Source of the DNA: an uncultured delta proteobacterium
GTDB lineage: Bacteria > Desulfobacterota > Binatia > UBA9968
Length of the DNA stretch: 64,000 nt
Direction: 5' to 3'
Assembly (NCBI GenBank): GCA_963755715.1
Contig: CAVWLW010000072.1
Coordinates: forward strand, 19,675 to 83,674
The notes under the pieces were generated by a model that searched no databases, was not told the DNA's origin, and was given only the letters and a program-made list of their open reading frames with translations. Positions 1 to 10,703 of the stretch are shown here, piece by piece (position 1 is the stretch's first letter; every line of letters starts with the position of its first letter). A program made the translations under genes and the position numbers.

Positions 1-45
1 AGGCTTGGTAGGCGATGTCTTTTATCTCATGGACACTTGGAACCT

Positions 46-132
46 CATTCCGGCCAAGCGGGCGACAGCTAGCGCGAACCCAAATCCAAGACTTCGAAGG
101 GCCACAAGATTTCCGCTTCTACCGGACTGACG
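46..132. repeat. Degenerate GTCAT-type palindromic repeat (REP-like)
   Basis: tcattccggccaagc...aatccaag ... gatttccgcttctaccggactgacg resembles a decayed GTCATTCCGG...GGAATCCAG / CTGGATTCC...GGAATGACG pair. Confidence 0.3.
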
Positions 133-235
133 GTGCATGATGCAATGATCTACTAATCGCACTTGTGAGACGAGATGCTACTTTTGTATCTGGTGTGTCG
201 TGTCGGGACGTAGCCCAAGGTGCAAGGAGGCAATC

Positions 236-1111
236 ATGGAAGCAATCGTGTTAACGAATCACGATCTTGAAATCGAGGACATTGAGTATCTTCGCCACGG
301 CGACAACCCGCTCTTGCTTCGGCTGTTCAAACCGGCCGGCAGCGGCCCGTTCCCGCTCATAGTCCAGCTTCACGGCGGCGCCTGGTGTCGAGGCGACCGC
401 ATTAATGACACGGCGCTCAACGAGGCGCTGGCAAAAAGCGGCGTAGTGGTGGCCGCGTTGGATTGGCGAATGCCACCTATTGCGCCTTATCCGGCTGCGC
501 TGGCCGATATCAATTATGCGATCCGCTGGCTCAAGAACCGCTCCGGCGATTTGCGTAGCCGCCCTGAACGTTTCGGACTTCTCGGAAATTCGAGCGGTGG
601 GCATCAAGCGATGCTCGCAGCGATGCGGCCGCGCGATCCTCGCTATTCAGCGCTGCCGCTATCCGCCGGAGCGGCGCAGGTCGACGCCAGCGTGCATTGC
701 ATCGTCATGTGTTGGCCCGTCATCGATCCTTTAGGGCGCTATCGCTACGCCAAAGATCTCAAGACCCGCGGCGGAGCGCACACTGAGTTTGCCGACCGTG
801 TGCTGCCGAGCCATGATCAATTCTGGGAAACCGAGGAAGCTATGTCCGAAGGCAGCCCCACACGCGCGCTCGAACGCGGAGAAAAAGTGGAATTACCCCC
901 TACCCTCTACATTCAAGGCACCGCCGACATGGCGCATCCCAAACCCGACCGCGAACGCTTCGTCGAAAGTTACCGCAAAGCTGGCGGCCATTTAGAGCTG
1001 GAACTATTCGAAGGCGAAGCCGAAGGCTTCATCGGCAGAAACGCGAACTCATCAAACGCGGCGCGGGCGATGGACAAGATCATCGACTTCGTTCATAGGC
1101 AACTCAGTTGA
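236..1111 (+). CDS. Alpha/beta hydrolase, HSL/family IV esterase-like
   Basis: HGGAW oxyanion motif, GNSSGG nucleophile elbow; AGGAGG RBS precedes ATG 236 (track start 200 is too long). Confidence 0.85.
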   Translation: MEAIVLTNHDLEIEDIEYLRHGDNPLLLRLFKPAGSGPFPLIVQLHGGAWCRGDRINDTALNEALAKSGVVVAALDWRMPPIAPYPAALADINYAIRWLKNRSGDLRSRPERFGLLGNSSGGHQAMLAAMRPRDPRYSALPLSAGAAQVDASVHCIVMCWPVIDPLGRYRYAKDLKTRGGAHTEFADRVLPSHDQFWETEEAMSEGSPTRALERGEKVELPPTLYIQGTADMAHPKPDRERFVESYRKAGGHLELELFEGEAEGFIGRNANSSNAARAMDKIIDFVHRQLS

Positions 1112-1213
1112 GCCGTGAAAGAATCGCGCGGGACTACTTGTTGTTAAAAAGGCGCTCAATCAATGCACCGGTAACGACGTCCGTGGTCAGCTAGGATCCT
1201 GCTAAAACCAGCC

Positions 1214-2062
1214 ATGACGTCAGCGACAATCAAACTTTTTTTGCCTCGCGGAGATGCGAAGAGTCTGCGAACAGCCGAAATCTCCAATTGGACTGGCAAA
1301 GCAATAGCAGCGCCGCGAACAGAGCTCGACGAGCTGCTTCAACGCGAGGAACTTGACAAAGCGGGTGTTTACATTCTGTCCGGCAGCGATCCTCTCTCCG
1401 GCTCACTGCGCGCGTATATCGGCGAGGCTGAGGTTATCCGCGAGCGCCTTAAGCAGCATAAGACCAAGGAATTCTGGATTTCAGCGATAGTGTTTGTCAG
1501 CAAAGATGAAAATCTGACTAAGGCTCATGTGAGATATATCGAGAACAGGGTCCTCACGGAAGCCGCACAAGTCGGCAGATGCACACTTGAGCAGAACCAA
1601 CCTGGTGGCGCGAAGTTACCCGAATCCGACCGCGAAGATATGGAGGTGTTCCTTTCGCACATTCGTCAGCTGTTGCCGGTGCTCGGCTCCGACCTTCTAA
1701 TCCCCGTCGGACAACCAGCCGCCAAGCAGCAATCCGGCGGCATTCTTTTCTGCCGCATGAAGGGCGCTGAAGGACGTGGTCGTCGCACACCCGACGGTTT
1801 TGTGGTGTTTCGAGGCTCTACGGCTGTCTTGCAGGAACGCGAGTCGGCAAAGAAGTATCCGTATGTGCTTACGCTCCGCAACCAGTTGATTGCCAACGGC
1901 ACGCTCGTCAAGAAGGTCGGCTTTTACGAGTTTACCAAAGATACAGAGTTTTCTAGTCCTAGTGCAGCCGCAGCGGTGATCGAGGGCGGCAGCGCGAACG
2001 GACTTATTGAGTGGAGAACGGAGGATGGGAGAGTCCTCAAAGAACTCGACGAACAGCCCTAA
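1214..2062 (+). CDS. GIY-YIG nuclease family protein with C-terminal DUF4357-like domain
   Basis: GVYIL...AYIGEAE...RLKQH N-terminal motif; C-terminal FSSPSAAAAVIEGGSANGLIEW. Confidence 0.8.
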   Translation: MTSATIKLFLPRGDAKSLRTAEISNWTGKAIAAPRTELDELLQREELDKAGVYILSGSDPLSGSLRAYIGEAEVIRERLKQHKTKEFWISAIVFVSKDENLTKAHVRYIENRVLTEAAQVGRCTLEQNQPGGAKLPESDREDMEVFLSHIRQLLPVLGSDLLIPVGQPAAKQQSGGILFCRMKGAEGRGRRTPDGFVVFRGSTAVLQERESAKKYPYVLTLRNQLIANGTLVKKVGFYEFTKDTEFSSPSAAAAVIEGGSANGLIEWRTEDGRVLKELDEQP

Positions 2063-2115
2063 CCAACCGGAGTGAGTCTCGCAAAACCTCGCGTCGCTCA
2101 ACTGGAGCGTTAAAC
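2057..2115 (+). other. Possible degenerate attC-like site
   Basis: CCCTAAC overlapping the stop codon ... GTTAAAC (GTTRRRY), 59 bp, only partial L-box pairing. Confidence 0.3.
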
Positions 2116-2148
2116 GTTGCAAGCAATAGATCTTCGCGCAGAGACAAG

Positions 2149-3153
2149 ATGGCACACTCAAGTCACTTACATATTCCTGTTATCGACGTAAGTGCGCTGG
2201 TGTCGGGAAAAGAAGATCGCGACGAAGTCGCGGGCAGAATTGGACAAGCATGTCGCGACTGGGGGTTCTTTTATATTGTCGGTCATGGTGTGGACGAACA
2301 TCTCCAGCGGCGGCTTGAGGAAGTGAGCCGGCAATTCTTCGCGCAAGATCTTGAGACAAAGCTCGAAATCAAAATGTCGCATGGGGGTAGAGCTTGGCGC
2401 GGGTACTTCCCCGTCGGCGGCGAGCTCACATCCGGCAAGCCGGATTTAAAGGAGGGGATCTACTTTGGCGCCGAGCTTGAGGATGATCACCCGCTTGTGA
2501 TAGCGGGGACGCCGCTGCATGGCCCAAACCTTTTTCCAGCCGATATACCGCAATTCCGGGAAACCGTTTTGGCTTACATGGCGGCGTTGACAACGCTCGG
2601 CCACTCACTGATGGCCGGCATCGCTCTCAGCCTCGGCTTAGAAGAATCCTACTTTTTCGACCGGTATACATCAGAACCTTTGATACTGTTTCGGATCTTC
2701 AACTATCCTCCGCATCCGCCTAACACAGCGGCTGAATCAAACTTGGGAGTTGGGGAACACACCGACTATGGACTGCTGACTATTCTCAGGCAAGACATGT
2801 CGGGAGGCTTAGAGATAAAAATAAAGTCCCGTTGGGTAGCCGCGCCGCCCATACCTAACTCGTTTGTGTGCAACATAGGTGACATGCTGGATCGCATGAC
2901 GGGAGGGCGCTATTTATCCACGCCTCATCGCGTGCGGAATCTCGCCGGGCACAATCGTTTATCATTTCCGTTCTTCTTCGACCCAAACTTCAGCGCGGAA
3001 GTCCGGCCGATAGAGATTGACGCGAAAGCAAATGACAACAAGGAAGAGCGTTGGGATCGCGCCAGCGTTCACGAATTTAGCGGGACCTATGGTGATTATC
3101 TGCTGAGTAAAGTATCAAAGGTTTTTCCAGAGCTACGTCGTAGAGTACTCTAA
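2149..3153 (+). CDS. 2-oxoglutarate/Fe(II) dioxygenase, isopenicillin N synthase family
   Basis: IPVID start, GFFYIVGHGV, HTDYG (HxD), HRV and RLS motifs; ATG 2149 preferred over 2011. Confidence 0.9.
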   Translation: MAHSSHLHIPVIDVSALVSGKEDRDEVAGRIGQACRDWGFFYIVGHGVDEHLQRRLEEVSRQFFAQDLETKLEIKMSHGGRAWRGYFPVGGELTSGKPDLKEGIYFGAELEDDHPLVIAGTPLHGPNLFPADIPQFRETVLAYMAALTTLGHSLMAGIALSLGLEESYFFDRYTSEPLILFRIFNYPPHPPNTAAESNLGVGEHTDYGLLTILRQDMSGGLEIKIKSRWVAAPPIPNSFVCNIGDMLDRMTGGRYLSTPHRVRNLAGHNRLSFPFFFDPNFSAEVRPIEIDAKANDNKEERWDRASVHEFSGTYGDYLLSKVSKVFPELRRRVL

Positions 3154-3209
3154 AGTTTCGCTCGTGTGCCAATCGAGATCATGAACGGATTCTTTCAAGG
3201 AGTGCGCCG

Positions 3210-4323
3210 ATGACAAACGCGGATCGGTCGAGGTGGATGATGTTCATCACTGTCGCCGTACTGACGGTGTGTGGTGGCGGAGCGTACACTCAGGATGAAA
3301 TCGAGCCTACCAATGACTTGCCCAATCCGTATCGAACCACCGCACCGTGGGGAAAACTCCCTGATGGAAGAAAGTGGGGCGCGCTGAATGCCGTCGCCAT
3401 CGATAACGACGGTGAATCCGTCTGGGTTGCCGACCGATGCGGCGCGAATCCCGATACCCCTCCTGGTGCGTCCACGTTCCAGTACGACAGCTGCGCCGGT
3501 TCAACCCTGTCACCGATTCTCAAGTTTGATTCTTCCGGCAACTTGATGAAAAGCTTCGGCGCCGGCATGTTTATTTTTCCCCACAAGATTTCTATGGACC
3601 GGGACGGCAACCTGTGGGTGGCTGACCAAAGATCGGCAAACGAGCGGGAGCTCGCTAAGTTCCCTGAAGAAAAGGAAAAGGGGCACATCGTCGTCAAGTT
3701 CAGTCCCGATGGCAATGTCTTGTTGAGGATTGGGAAGCCCGGATCGGAAGGCAATCCTCCGAACGCCTTGACCCAACCAACCAGCGTCGTGATTGCGTCC
3801 AATGGCGACATCTTTATATCCGAGGGCCACAACCAGAATCCTCAAGCTCCGCCGGAGACCGTCTCACGCATCTCCAAATTCACGAAGGACGGCAAGTTCA
3901 TAAAGTCATTCGGTAAGCTGGGATCCGGACCGGGAGAATTTAGAGGACCTCACGACTTGGCCATGGATGCCGAGGGACGACTCTTTGTTGCCGACCGGGG
4001 CAACATGCGTATCCAAATATTCGATCAGCAAGGGAAGTATCTCGGCGAGTGGAAACAATTCAGTCGCCCAAGCGGTGTCTACATCAGGGGCGACATGATC
4101 TATGTGGCCGACTCCGAGTCCAACGGTGTGGCTCCACACCCGGGATGGAAACGAGGGATCCGCATAGGCAACCTCAAAGATGGCAAGGTCCTCTACCGCA
4201 TCCCGGACCCGCTCGAAATGAAGGGAACCAGTGCAGCGGAGGGCTTGGCAGTGGATGCGAAAGAACAACGTGTACGGCGGCGAAGTCGGCCCGCGACAAC
4301 TAGTAAAACACGTCAAGCAGTAG
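3210..4323 (+). CDS. Secreted NHL-repeat beta-propeller (peptidyl-alpha-hydroxyglycine amidating lyase-like), one frameshift near 4262
   Basis: Signal peptide; repeated PH-x-I/L...G-x-L-W/F-VADR NHL units; shifted frame gives NVYGGEVGPRQLVKHVKQ* ending 4323. Confidence 0.8.
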
Positions 4324-4579
4324 GAAGGCGAGATCGCCAGCAAAAATCTCGAATTGGGTAAATGGCACGTGGAGGTTCGAGACACTAACGCAGGTGCCGC
4401 CAACAGCCGAGTAAATCTGCCTAGCGGATCATTGGCAGACCATTGGAGCATAAACTCGCAGTACGTCATGGCGCAAACATCGAGTAACAGGCTGCATGAA
4501 CCCACCCATGTGCATCCATCGCGCAGACCGAATTAGCGCCACGAAATCCCGCAACAGTCCACGCCGAGGCCCCCACAGA

Positions 4580-5396
4580 ATGAGTGACTACGGAACAGAC
4601 AAAGTCTTCGCCGGTTCGATCCCGGAACTTTATGAAACCTACTTGGTTCCGCTGATCTTCGAGCCATACGCTGCGGACCTTGTGGCGCGCTTAGCGTCAA
4701 GACCTTTGGCGCGAGTGCTCGAGATCGCGGCCGGCACCGGCGTCGTGACCCGTGCCATGGCATCGGCGCTACCGGAGACCGTCTCCATCGTCGCCACGGA
4801 CTTGAATCAGTCGATGCTCGACCAAGCCGCTGTGCGCGGCACCAAGCATCCGGTCACTTGGCGCCAAGCTGATGCCATGAAGCTTCCCTTTGCCGACGAC
4901 GCCTTCGACGCAGTCGTATGCCAGTTCGGAGTCATGTTTTTCCCCGAAAAACGGGTAGCGTATTCGGAAGTACGCCGAGTGCTCAGGTTGGGCGGTATTT
5001 TCATTTTCAACGCGTGGGATCGTATCGAAGAGAATGAGTTCGCCGACACCGTGACGACTGCGCTTGAGGCGCTTTTCCCGCATGATCCGCCGCGCTTTCT
5101 CGCGCGGACACCGCACGGCTATCATGACGTTGAGACCATTGAACGAGATCTCGCGGCTGGCGGGTTCACGGCGTCCCCTGAAATCACAACACTGGCGTCC
5201 CGCAGCCACGCGGCGTCGTGCGACCACCCCGCCATCGCCTATTGTCAAGGCACGCCGCTGCGAAACGAGATAGAAGCACGGAATCTCTCAGCTGGCGAAC
5301 GCAACCACGGTCGCTGCGGAAGCTATCGCGCATCGGTTTGGCCGCGGCGCCGTGGATGGCAAAATCCAAGCACATGTCATCACCATCGCGAAATGA
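4580..5396 (+). CDS. Class I SAM-dependent methyltransferase (UbiE-like), frameshift near 5285
   Basis: VLEIAAGTG motif I, DAVVCQFGVMFF; shifted frame ends AVDGKIQAHVITIAK* at 5396. Confidence 0.85.
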
Positions 5397-5495
5397 TGGT
5401 CGCCGCTCGAGGCGAATGCGCGAAGTTGCAGTCTAGGGCCCAGTATTAATATTTGATTTTCTGAGCCTATAACGAGGTGACCATCAGATATGCTT

Positions 5496-5696
5496 ATGTG
5501 GAAAAATTTCAAAGTCACCGACGCTGACGCGCACATGCATGAGCCGCAGCATCTTTGGCAACGCTACGTCGAGCCTAAATATCGCGATCAAGTCTCGAAG
5601 GTTGCATTCATGCATGGCAACTTCATGGTTTACTGGGTCCAGATCCCGATTCGCCTGGATTCACGCTTAAAGGCGGGAATGACGAACTGCGGATAG
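5496..5696 (+). pseudogene. N-terminal fragment of amidohydrolase family protein
   Basis: MWKNFKVTDADAHMHEPQHLW (DxDxH metal motif); similarity stops near 5633 where a palindromic repeat begins. Confidence 0.65.
5655..5684. repeat. GTCAT-type REP half (CTGGATTC-N-GGGAATGACG)
   Basis: ctggattcacgcttaaaggcgggaatgacg, internal hairpin attcacgc/gcgggaat. Confidence 0.6.
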
Positions 5697-5786
5697 GCGA
5701 TTTTGGATGCATCAGCAGCGGGCGGAGTGATTCAATTTGACCGCAGCCTGCTTATTTTATAATTACTACGCTCCAGGAGGTGACCT

Positions 5787-6203
5787 ATGATTGCCATAAA
5801 TGATCAAATGAAGGAGCTGGTTGATAACGCCTTGGCCAACGGCTCTCCGTGCATTCTCGCCACGGTTTCCGGCGACGGCGAGCCGGATATCGGCTACAAA
5901 GGCAGCATGATGGTGTTTGACCCCGAGTCACTCGCCTATTGGGAGCGGACGAAGCGGGTGCATCTCAAGAACGTGAAAGAGAACCCGCGCGTCATCGTGC
6001 TTTTCCGCGACGCCAAAACGAAAGCGGCGTGGCGCTTTCACGGCACGGCAACCCTGCATGAAGACGGACCGATCCGCGATCAGGTCATGGGGCGCACGGT
6101 GAAGGAAGAGCTCGATAAGGATCCCGAACGCAAAGGCGCCGCGGTGGTGATTCGCTTGGATAAAATCACCAATATGGGCGGACAAGTCTTGTCGAGCCGT
6201 TAG
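5787..6203 (+). CDS. Pyridoxamine 5'-phosphate oxidase-like FMN-binding split-barrel protein
   Basis: ILATVSGDGEP..KGS and LKNVKENPRV motifs; AGGAGG RBS. Confidence 0.8.
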   Translation: MIAINDQMKELVDNALANGSPCILATVSGDGEPDIGYKGSMMVFDPESLAYWERTKRVHLKNVKENPRVIVLFRDAKTKAAWRFHGTATLHEDGPIRDQVMGRTVKEELDKDPERKGAAVVIRLDKITNMGGQVLSSR

Positions 6204-6327
6204 CGATCCGTCGTGTTCTGATTTTCGCTATTCATGCGAGCATAAAGCTCGCGCGAAAATTTGGCAGTATCGCGACGGCGAGGCCGTCGTGAACATCTCG
6301 TATCGCCGCAGCGCGACACGCCGCCTC

Positions 6328-7198
6328 ATGATCATCCCCAACGTCGCCGCTGCATAGTCGCGTATCTTCTACGGCTGGCGCATGATCGGATTGGTGTCCG
6401 CGATCCGTGTGGTCGGCGGCGGGTTGCATCAATACGGCTTCACGGTTTTTTTGCTACCAATCAGCCAAGACCTGGGGCTGAGCCGCGCTGCCACTTCGCT
6501 TGCCTTCTCGCTCTCGCGCGCCCAAGGCGCCATCGAAGCGCCTTTCGTCGGCTACTTGATCGATCGCTTCGGACCGCGGCCGATCATCGTTGTCGCCGCG
6601 TTTCTCGCCGGCATCGGTTACATCCTTCTGTCCTGGGTAGAGAGCTACACCAATTTTCTGATCATCTATCTCGCCGTCATTTCACTCGCACCCGGTCAAC
6701 AAGCCGGGACTGATGACGCTTTGCCATCTCGCTCCCGCGCTCGCGGTGCTGCCGCTGCTCGGTGACGCGCTGCGCTGGCAGCTTTGGTTGTTTACAAGTT
6801 TTTACACTCTGCTCGACGCTTCGTTTCCGATCGTCTGGGCCACAGTGGGAGATTTCTACGGACGGAAGTACTTTGCGACGATTCGCGGCATGTTGAGTTT
6901 TTTCTATATGTGGGGAAGCGTCGCCGGGCCGGTCCTCGCCGGGGCGATTTACGACCGTAGTCAAAGCTACACGAGGGTAATGTGGGGACTGTTTTTGGTT
7001 CTCGCCGTCGCGACGCTGCTCAACGCGCTGTTGATCAAGCCGTGGCGTCGATGTGCCACGGCAGCGCAGTTAAACGACTGGGCGACGAACAATCATCTTC
7101 AAAAACTAACATCGGCAATACAGACCATCCAAAAAATCAGGTCGAAGATCACGCCCCTTCTCCCGCTTCCTCACGGTAAAGCTGGAGCGCTTCCATGA
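6328..7198 (+). pseudogene. MFS transporter remnant (early in-frame TAG, large internal deletion near 6700-6770)
   Basis: IFYGWRMI N-terminus, GYLIDRFGPR motif A, C-terminal GDFYGRKYF...GAIYDRS; far too short for 12 TM. Confidence 0.7.
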
Positions 7199-8211
7199 CC
7201 GGCAGATCGCTCACCGAAAAAAGTATCGCGGCCTCTGTTTGAGAGCGATTTTGATGGCTGTGCCAGCTCCACAGCGGCACGACGAAGCAGTCGCCCTGCT
7301 CCCATTCGAATTTTTGACCGTTAATGACCGTCGCGCCGTTTCCTCTAAAGGCGTGATAGATGGTGCTGCAATTGTGCCGATGCGTTTTGGTGATTTCCCC
7401 GGGACGGAGCATTTGCATGCCGCAGGATAACGTCGGCATTGTGTGACCACCGTCCGGATTGACGTATTCCAACGCCACGCCATCGAAAGGACTTCCCGGC
7501 CCATCGCTCAGGCATTGCAGCTTCTCGTAGGTATCCTGCCATTTGTAGTGCAAGTTATAACGTGGGACGTTCCGAGGCTTTTTCCCAAGTCGGCCGCGTC
7601 GTGCCGACGCGCGACGTGGTGTGCTCGGAAACCGGCTTCATGGGTTGGAGGCCGCCGGGAAATGCTTCCCAGGTGATCGCCTGGAGCAAGAACAGCAAGG
7701 GATTATCCAAACCATCGAGCCAGACCACGGGCTCGCCGCCGTTGCGGTGTCCATGCCACGTCATCGACGGCGTGAGGATAAGGTCGCCCTCCTGCATGGG
7801 AATTTTTTCGCCTTCGACGATCGTGTATGCGCCGGTGCCCTTGAGGATAAAGCGGAACGCAGCGAAGTTATGTCGATGATCGTGCGCCACCTCGCCCGGT
7901 TTCAGCAGTTGCAAGGTCATCAGCATCGTATGTGTCGTCGTTCGTTGCCGGCGGTTTTTTTCGTCTTGGTAGGCGGGATTGATCAGCCGCAGCACGCGCC
8001 GCTCGGCTTTGCCGTCCAGACCATGCATGTTCGCCACCGTCTGGATCGCCTCGTAGAGCGCCGGCCATTTCCACACGTGCGGCAGCACCGATGTATGCGG
8101 GTCTTTGCTGTAAGTCGCCATGTCTGCGTCGGAGGCCGGCGACCACAACCCTTCGACACTCAAGCCACGCAGTTTTTCATCGAGTTCGCGTAAAAGTTCT
8201 TCTTCCGACAT
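7149..8211 (-). CDS. Bicupin, gentisate 1,2-dioxygenase-like (frameshift near 7556 joins two track ORFs)
   Basis: AERRVLRLINP, HRH...WHGH, WLDGLD in first cupin; LEYVNP..GG.TMPT, HRH, WHSH in second. Confidence 0.85.
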
Positions 8212-8244
8212 CTTCTGGTGTTCCTTCGGTCAGTCAATTGCCCC

Positions 8245-9222
8245 TTAGGGTTTTTTGATCCCCATCTCTCGTTGCGCCGCCTGAAGCGGCGCCAAATCGA
8301 TGATTTCACTCAGGGGCAGATCGCGCGTTAGCTTGAGTTCCGCCTTGGCTTGCTCTAACACCATGCGCAAACCTTCGGGTGGAATATTTCCGTCCGGACT
8401 GAAGACCTTCCAGGTGGAATCGTAGGAGGCCACAGCGTGGTCACGCTCTATCTTCCCCCATTCCATCAGGATCCGCACAGCGCCTTCTTTGTCGTCCCGG
8501 ATAAAACGGTTTGCTCGCACCATGGCCTTTACAACTTTTTTAACCTCGTCCGGCTTCTCCTTGATCGTTTTGAGATTGGCGCCGATGCCGATGAATGGGA
8601 AACTAAAAACCTCGTACGCTCTGAGAAGGACGTTGAATCCCATCTGCCCTCCTAGGGCGTCACCGGGCGGGGCAATCACGGCTACATCCACCAGACCTTC
8701 CTTCAGCGCGGCGAGACGAGCTCGATCCGGCCCCAGGGCGATGAACTTGAGATCTCTCTCCGTATCCAGACCAAAGGATTTGAGCATCATTCGACCAGCC
8801 ACCTCGTCGGTGCCGCCGAAGTTACCGATGCCGACAATTTTTCCCTTAAGTTGCTTGCCCGATTTGTATTCAGGCTTGGCGACCAAGGCGTGAGTTGAAC
8901 CATCCAAGAGGCTCGCGAGAGCACGCATCGGCATACCCCGAAGCGCGCCGCGCACGACCGAGCCGAAGAGCAAGGTATAGGCAACGTCTCCGGTTACAAG
9001 CGCGGTGATAATGTTCGGCACGTTCATGCGAATGATCTCTACGTCGAGGCCTTCGTCTTTGAAAAAACCTTTTTTGAAAGCGACTCCGGACGGCAGAAAG
9101 GACATATTGGGGTTGGTTACTGAGATCCGCACTTTGTCGGCAGCATCGACAGGCGAATTCGGCGCGCAAATAGCGATGCACCCTATTAGCAGACAACAAA
9201 GTTTTCTCGTGACAATGTTCAC
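8245..9222 (-). CDS. ABC transporter substrate-binding protein, NMT1/THI5 (SsuA/TauA-like) family
   Basis: Signal peptide from GTG 9222; KKGFFKDEGLDVE, LKGKIVG, RLAALKEG motifs. Confidence 0.85.
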   Translation of the reverse strand: MNIVTRKLCCLLIGCIAICAPNSPVDAADKVRISVTNPNMSFLPSGVAFKKGFFKDEGLDVEIIRMNVPNIITALVTGDVAYTLLFGSVVRGALRGMPMRALASLLDGSTHALVAKPEYKSGKQLKGKIVGIGNFGGTDEVAGRMMLKSFGLDTERDLKFIALGPDRARLAALKEGLVDVAVIAPPGDALGGQMGFNVLLRAYEVFSFPFIGIGANLKTIKEKPDEVKKVVKAMVRANRFIRDDKEGAVRILMEWGKIERDHAVASYDSTWKVFSPDGNIPPEGLRMVLEQAKAELKLTRDLPLSEIIDLAPLQAAQREMGIKKP

Positions 9223-9224
9223 AG

Positions 9225-10314
9225 TCAACTCGCCGCCTTGTAAACACTGCCCATTTGGCTCGCGACGCCGCGTTTCGCCAATTCCGCTTCGAACATCTGC
9301 GCGGATGCGCGGCTCTTCGTCCTCGTACTCGATTTGATCGCCGCCGTTTTTGACGCTCTCCGACGTGCCCCACTGTTTACGTAAGCCGGGAAACTTTCGG
9401 CTGCTGAATGGTTTGAGCGCCAGATAGCGCGCCGGCTCGCCGCCGATGTTGAAGTGCTGATGAAACCACCGTTCCGGTGGCACGAGCAGGCTGCCGGCGC
9501 GCCAGTTGTAGCGTTTGATATCGTCGCCCTCGCGCCACACCAGCGAAAATCCTTCGCCCTTGAGGATGATGACGTGCGCGCCGGCGCCGTGGCGATGCGC
9601 CTTTTTATAGGTTCCAACCGGAAACTGAGAAATATGCGCCGACATGACGTTGTTCGACATCTCGATCATCAGCATCTTGCCGCCCGCGCCGCGATCTCTT
9701 CTTTCGGGCAATTCATAGGCACGCACGTCACGAACGAAATTCGTGTCGTGAAATCCCTCGCCGGGAATCTTCGCCTGGCCGCTGAAGAAATCTTCCTCTC
9801 CGGCATAGCGGTCGGTGAAACGAAAGTCACAGTTAAAAACGAAATCGATGTTGTGATAGAGATTTAGCACCGTCGGCGCGTTGGTCATCGCCAAGAGCCG
9901 CACGGGCTTATCACCCTGGCCGTTGAAATGCTGATACCAGGCGTTGAGCGGCGGTGAAAACAGCGCGCCCTCGCCCCATTCGAAAGTTTGTTTTTTACCG
10001 CCTTCTTGCCAGACCGTCGTCGCGCCGCGGCCGCTGACGACATAAATCAGCGCCTCAAACATGTGCTTCTGCGGCTCGAGAGACTTTCCCGGCGCGATCT
10101 CGCAGATAAAGCAGTCGTCGACGCCTTCGGAGCCCTCCAAATTGAGATAAGCGCCGCGGCCGCCAACGCGCGCCCAAGGCTGCAGGCCGACTGCGTTGAT
10201 GTCTTCGATGTGAAACCCGGTTACCGTAGGCACGCCTTCTTTCTCGAGGAAGATTTGGTAAGTGGTCTTCGCGCCCAGCTCGTTGCCCGCGCGCTTGAGA
10301 TTGGTTGCAGCCAT
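9225..10314 (-). CDS. Bicupin domain protein (frameshift near 9300 creates false fusion to SBP)
   Basis: QKHMFE...WYQHFN and KAHRHGAGAH...WFHQHFN cupin motifs; true end QMFEAELAKRGVASQMGSVYKAAS* in other frame. Confidence 0.8.
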
Positions 10315-10550
10315 GATCGGTTTCCTTTCCGCTGATTTAATGTCGCCGCCGATGTACGGCGTACTTTTCTTGTATTACGGCGCGTCGAGCGGGGTCAAGC
10401 CGACTTCGACGCAAGCAACGCACGGAAGCTAAGATATTCAGGCCGAGTATCTACTGCCCGCCTCAGAACGGTTCGCCGTCTAACTTTGGCTCGAAATGAC
10501 ACGATCTTTCTTTTTCAGACCCAGTTTTTCCCGAAACAAGAAATTTTTTG

Positions 10551-10578
10551 TTGACGTTTTTCGGTTTTGGAGTAAGCT
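10551..10578 (+). promoter_or_regulatory. Putative sigma70 promoter
   Basis: TTGACG-N16-TAAGCT preceded by AT-rich UP-like tract. Confidence 0.4.
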
Positions 10579-10703
10579 ATTGCACATTGAATGATCTCAG
10601 ACCGCCGCTGACCCTATGCTTGGGAACCCTAGGTGGGACTGCCATCGAACAGAAGAGCCAAGCTCCAATCAAAATCTCTTACTCGCCGTCGACTCATTAA
10701 CCT

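Noticed and set aside
5737-5763. Sigma70 promoter for the FMN-binding protein
   Set aside because: TTGACC and TATAAT are only 15 bp apart; too weak to call
7540-7570. Programmed ribosomal frameshifting at split genes
   Set aside because: No shared slippery motif at the breakpoints, and the affected genes are ordinary metabolic families
8245-10314. 689-aa cupin-SBP fusion in the ORF track
   Set aside because: The cupin's natural C-terminus and stop lie in another frame (9225) and the SBP has its own GTG start and signal peptide; a 1-nt indel near 9300 explains it
10585-10703. Riboswitch or structured leader before the unknown paralog pair
   Set aside because: Some pairing potential but no match to riboswitch consensus sequences I can recognise; needs an Rfam/Infernal search
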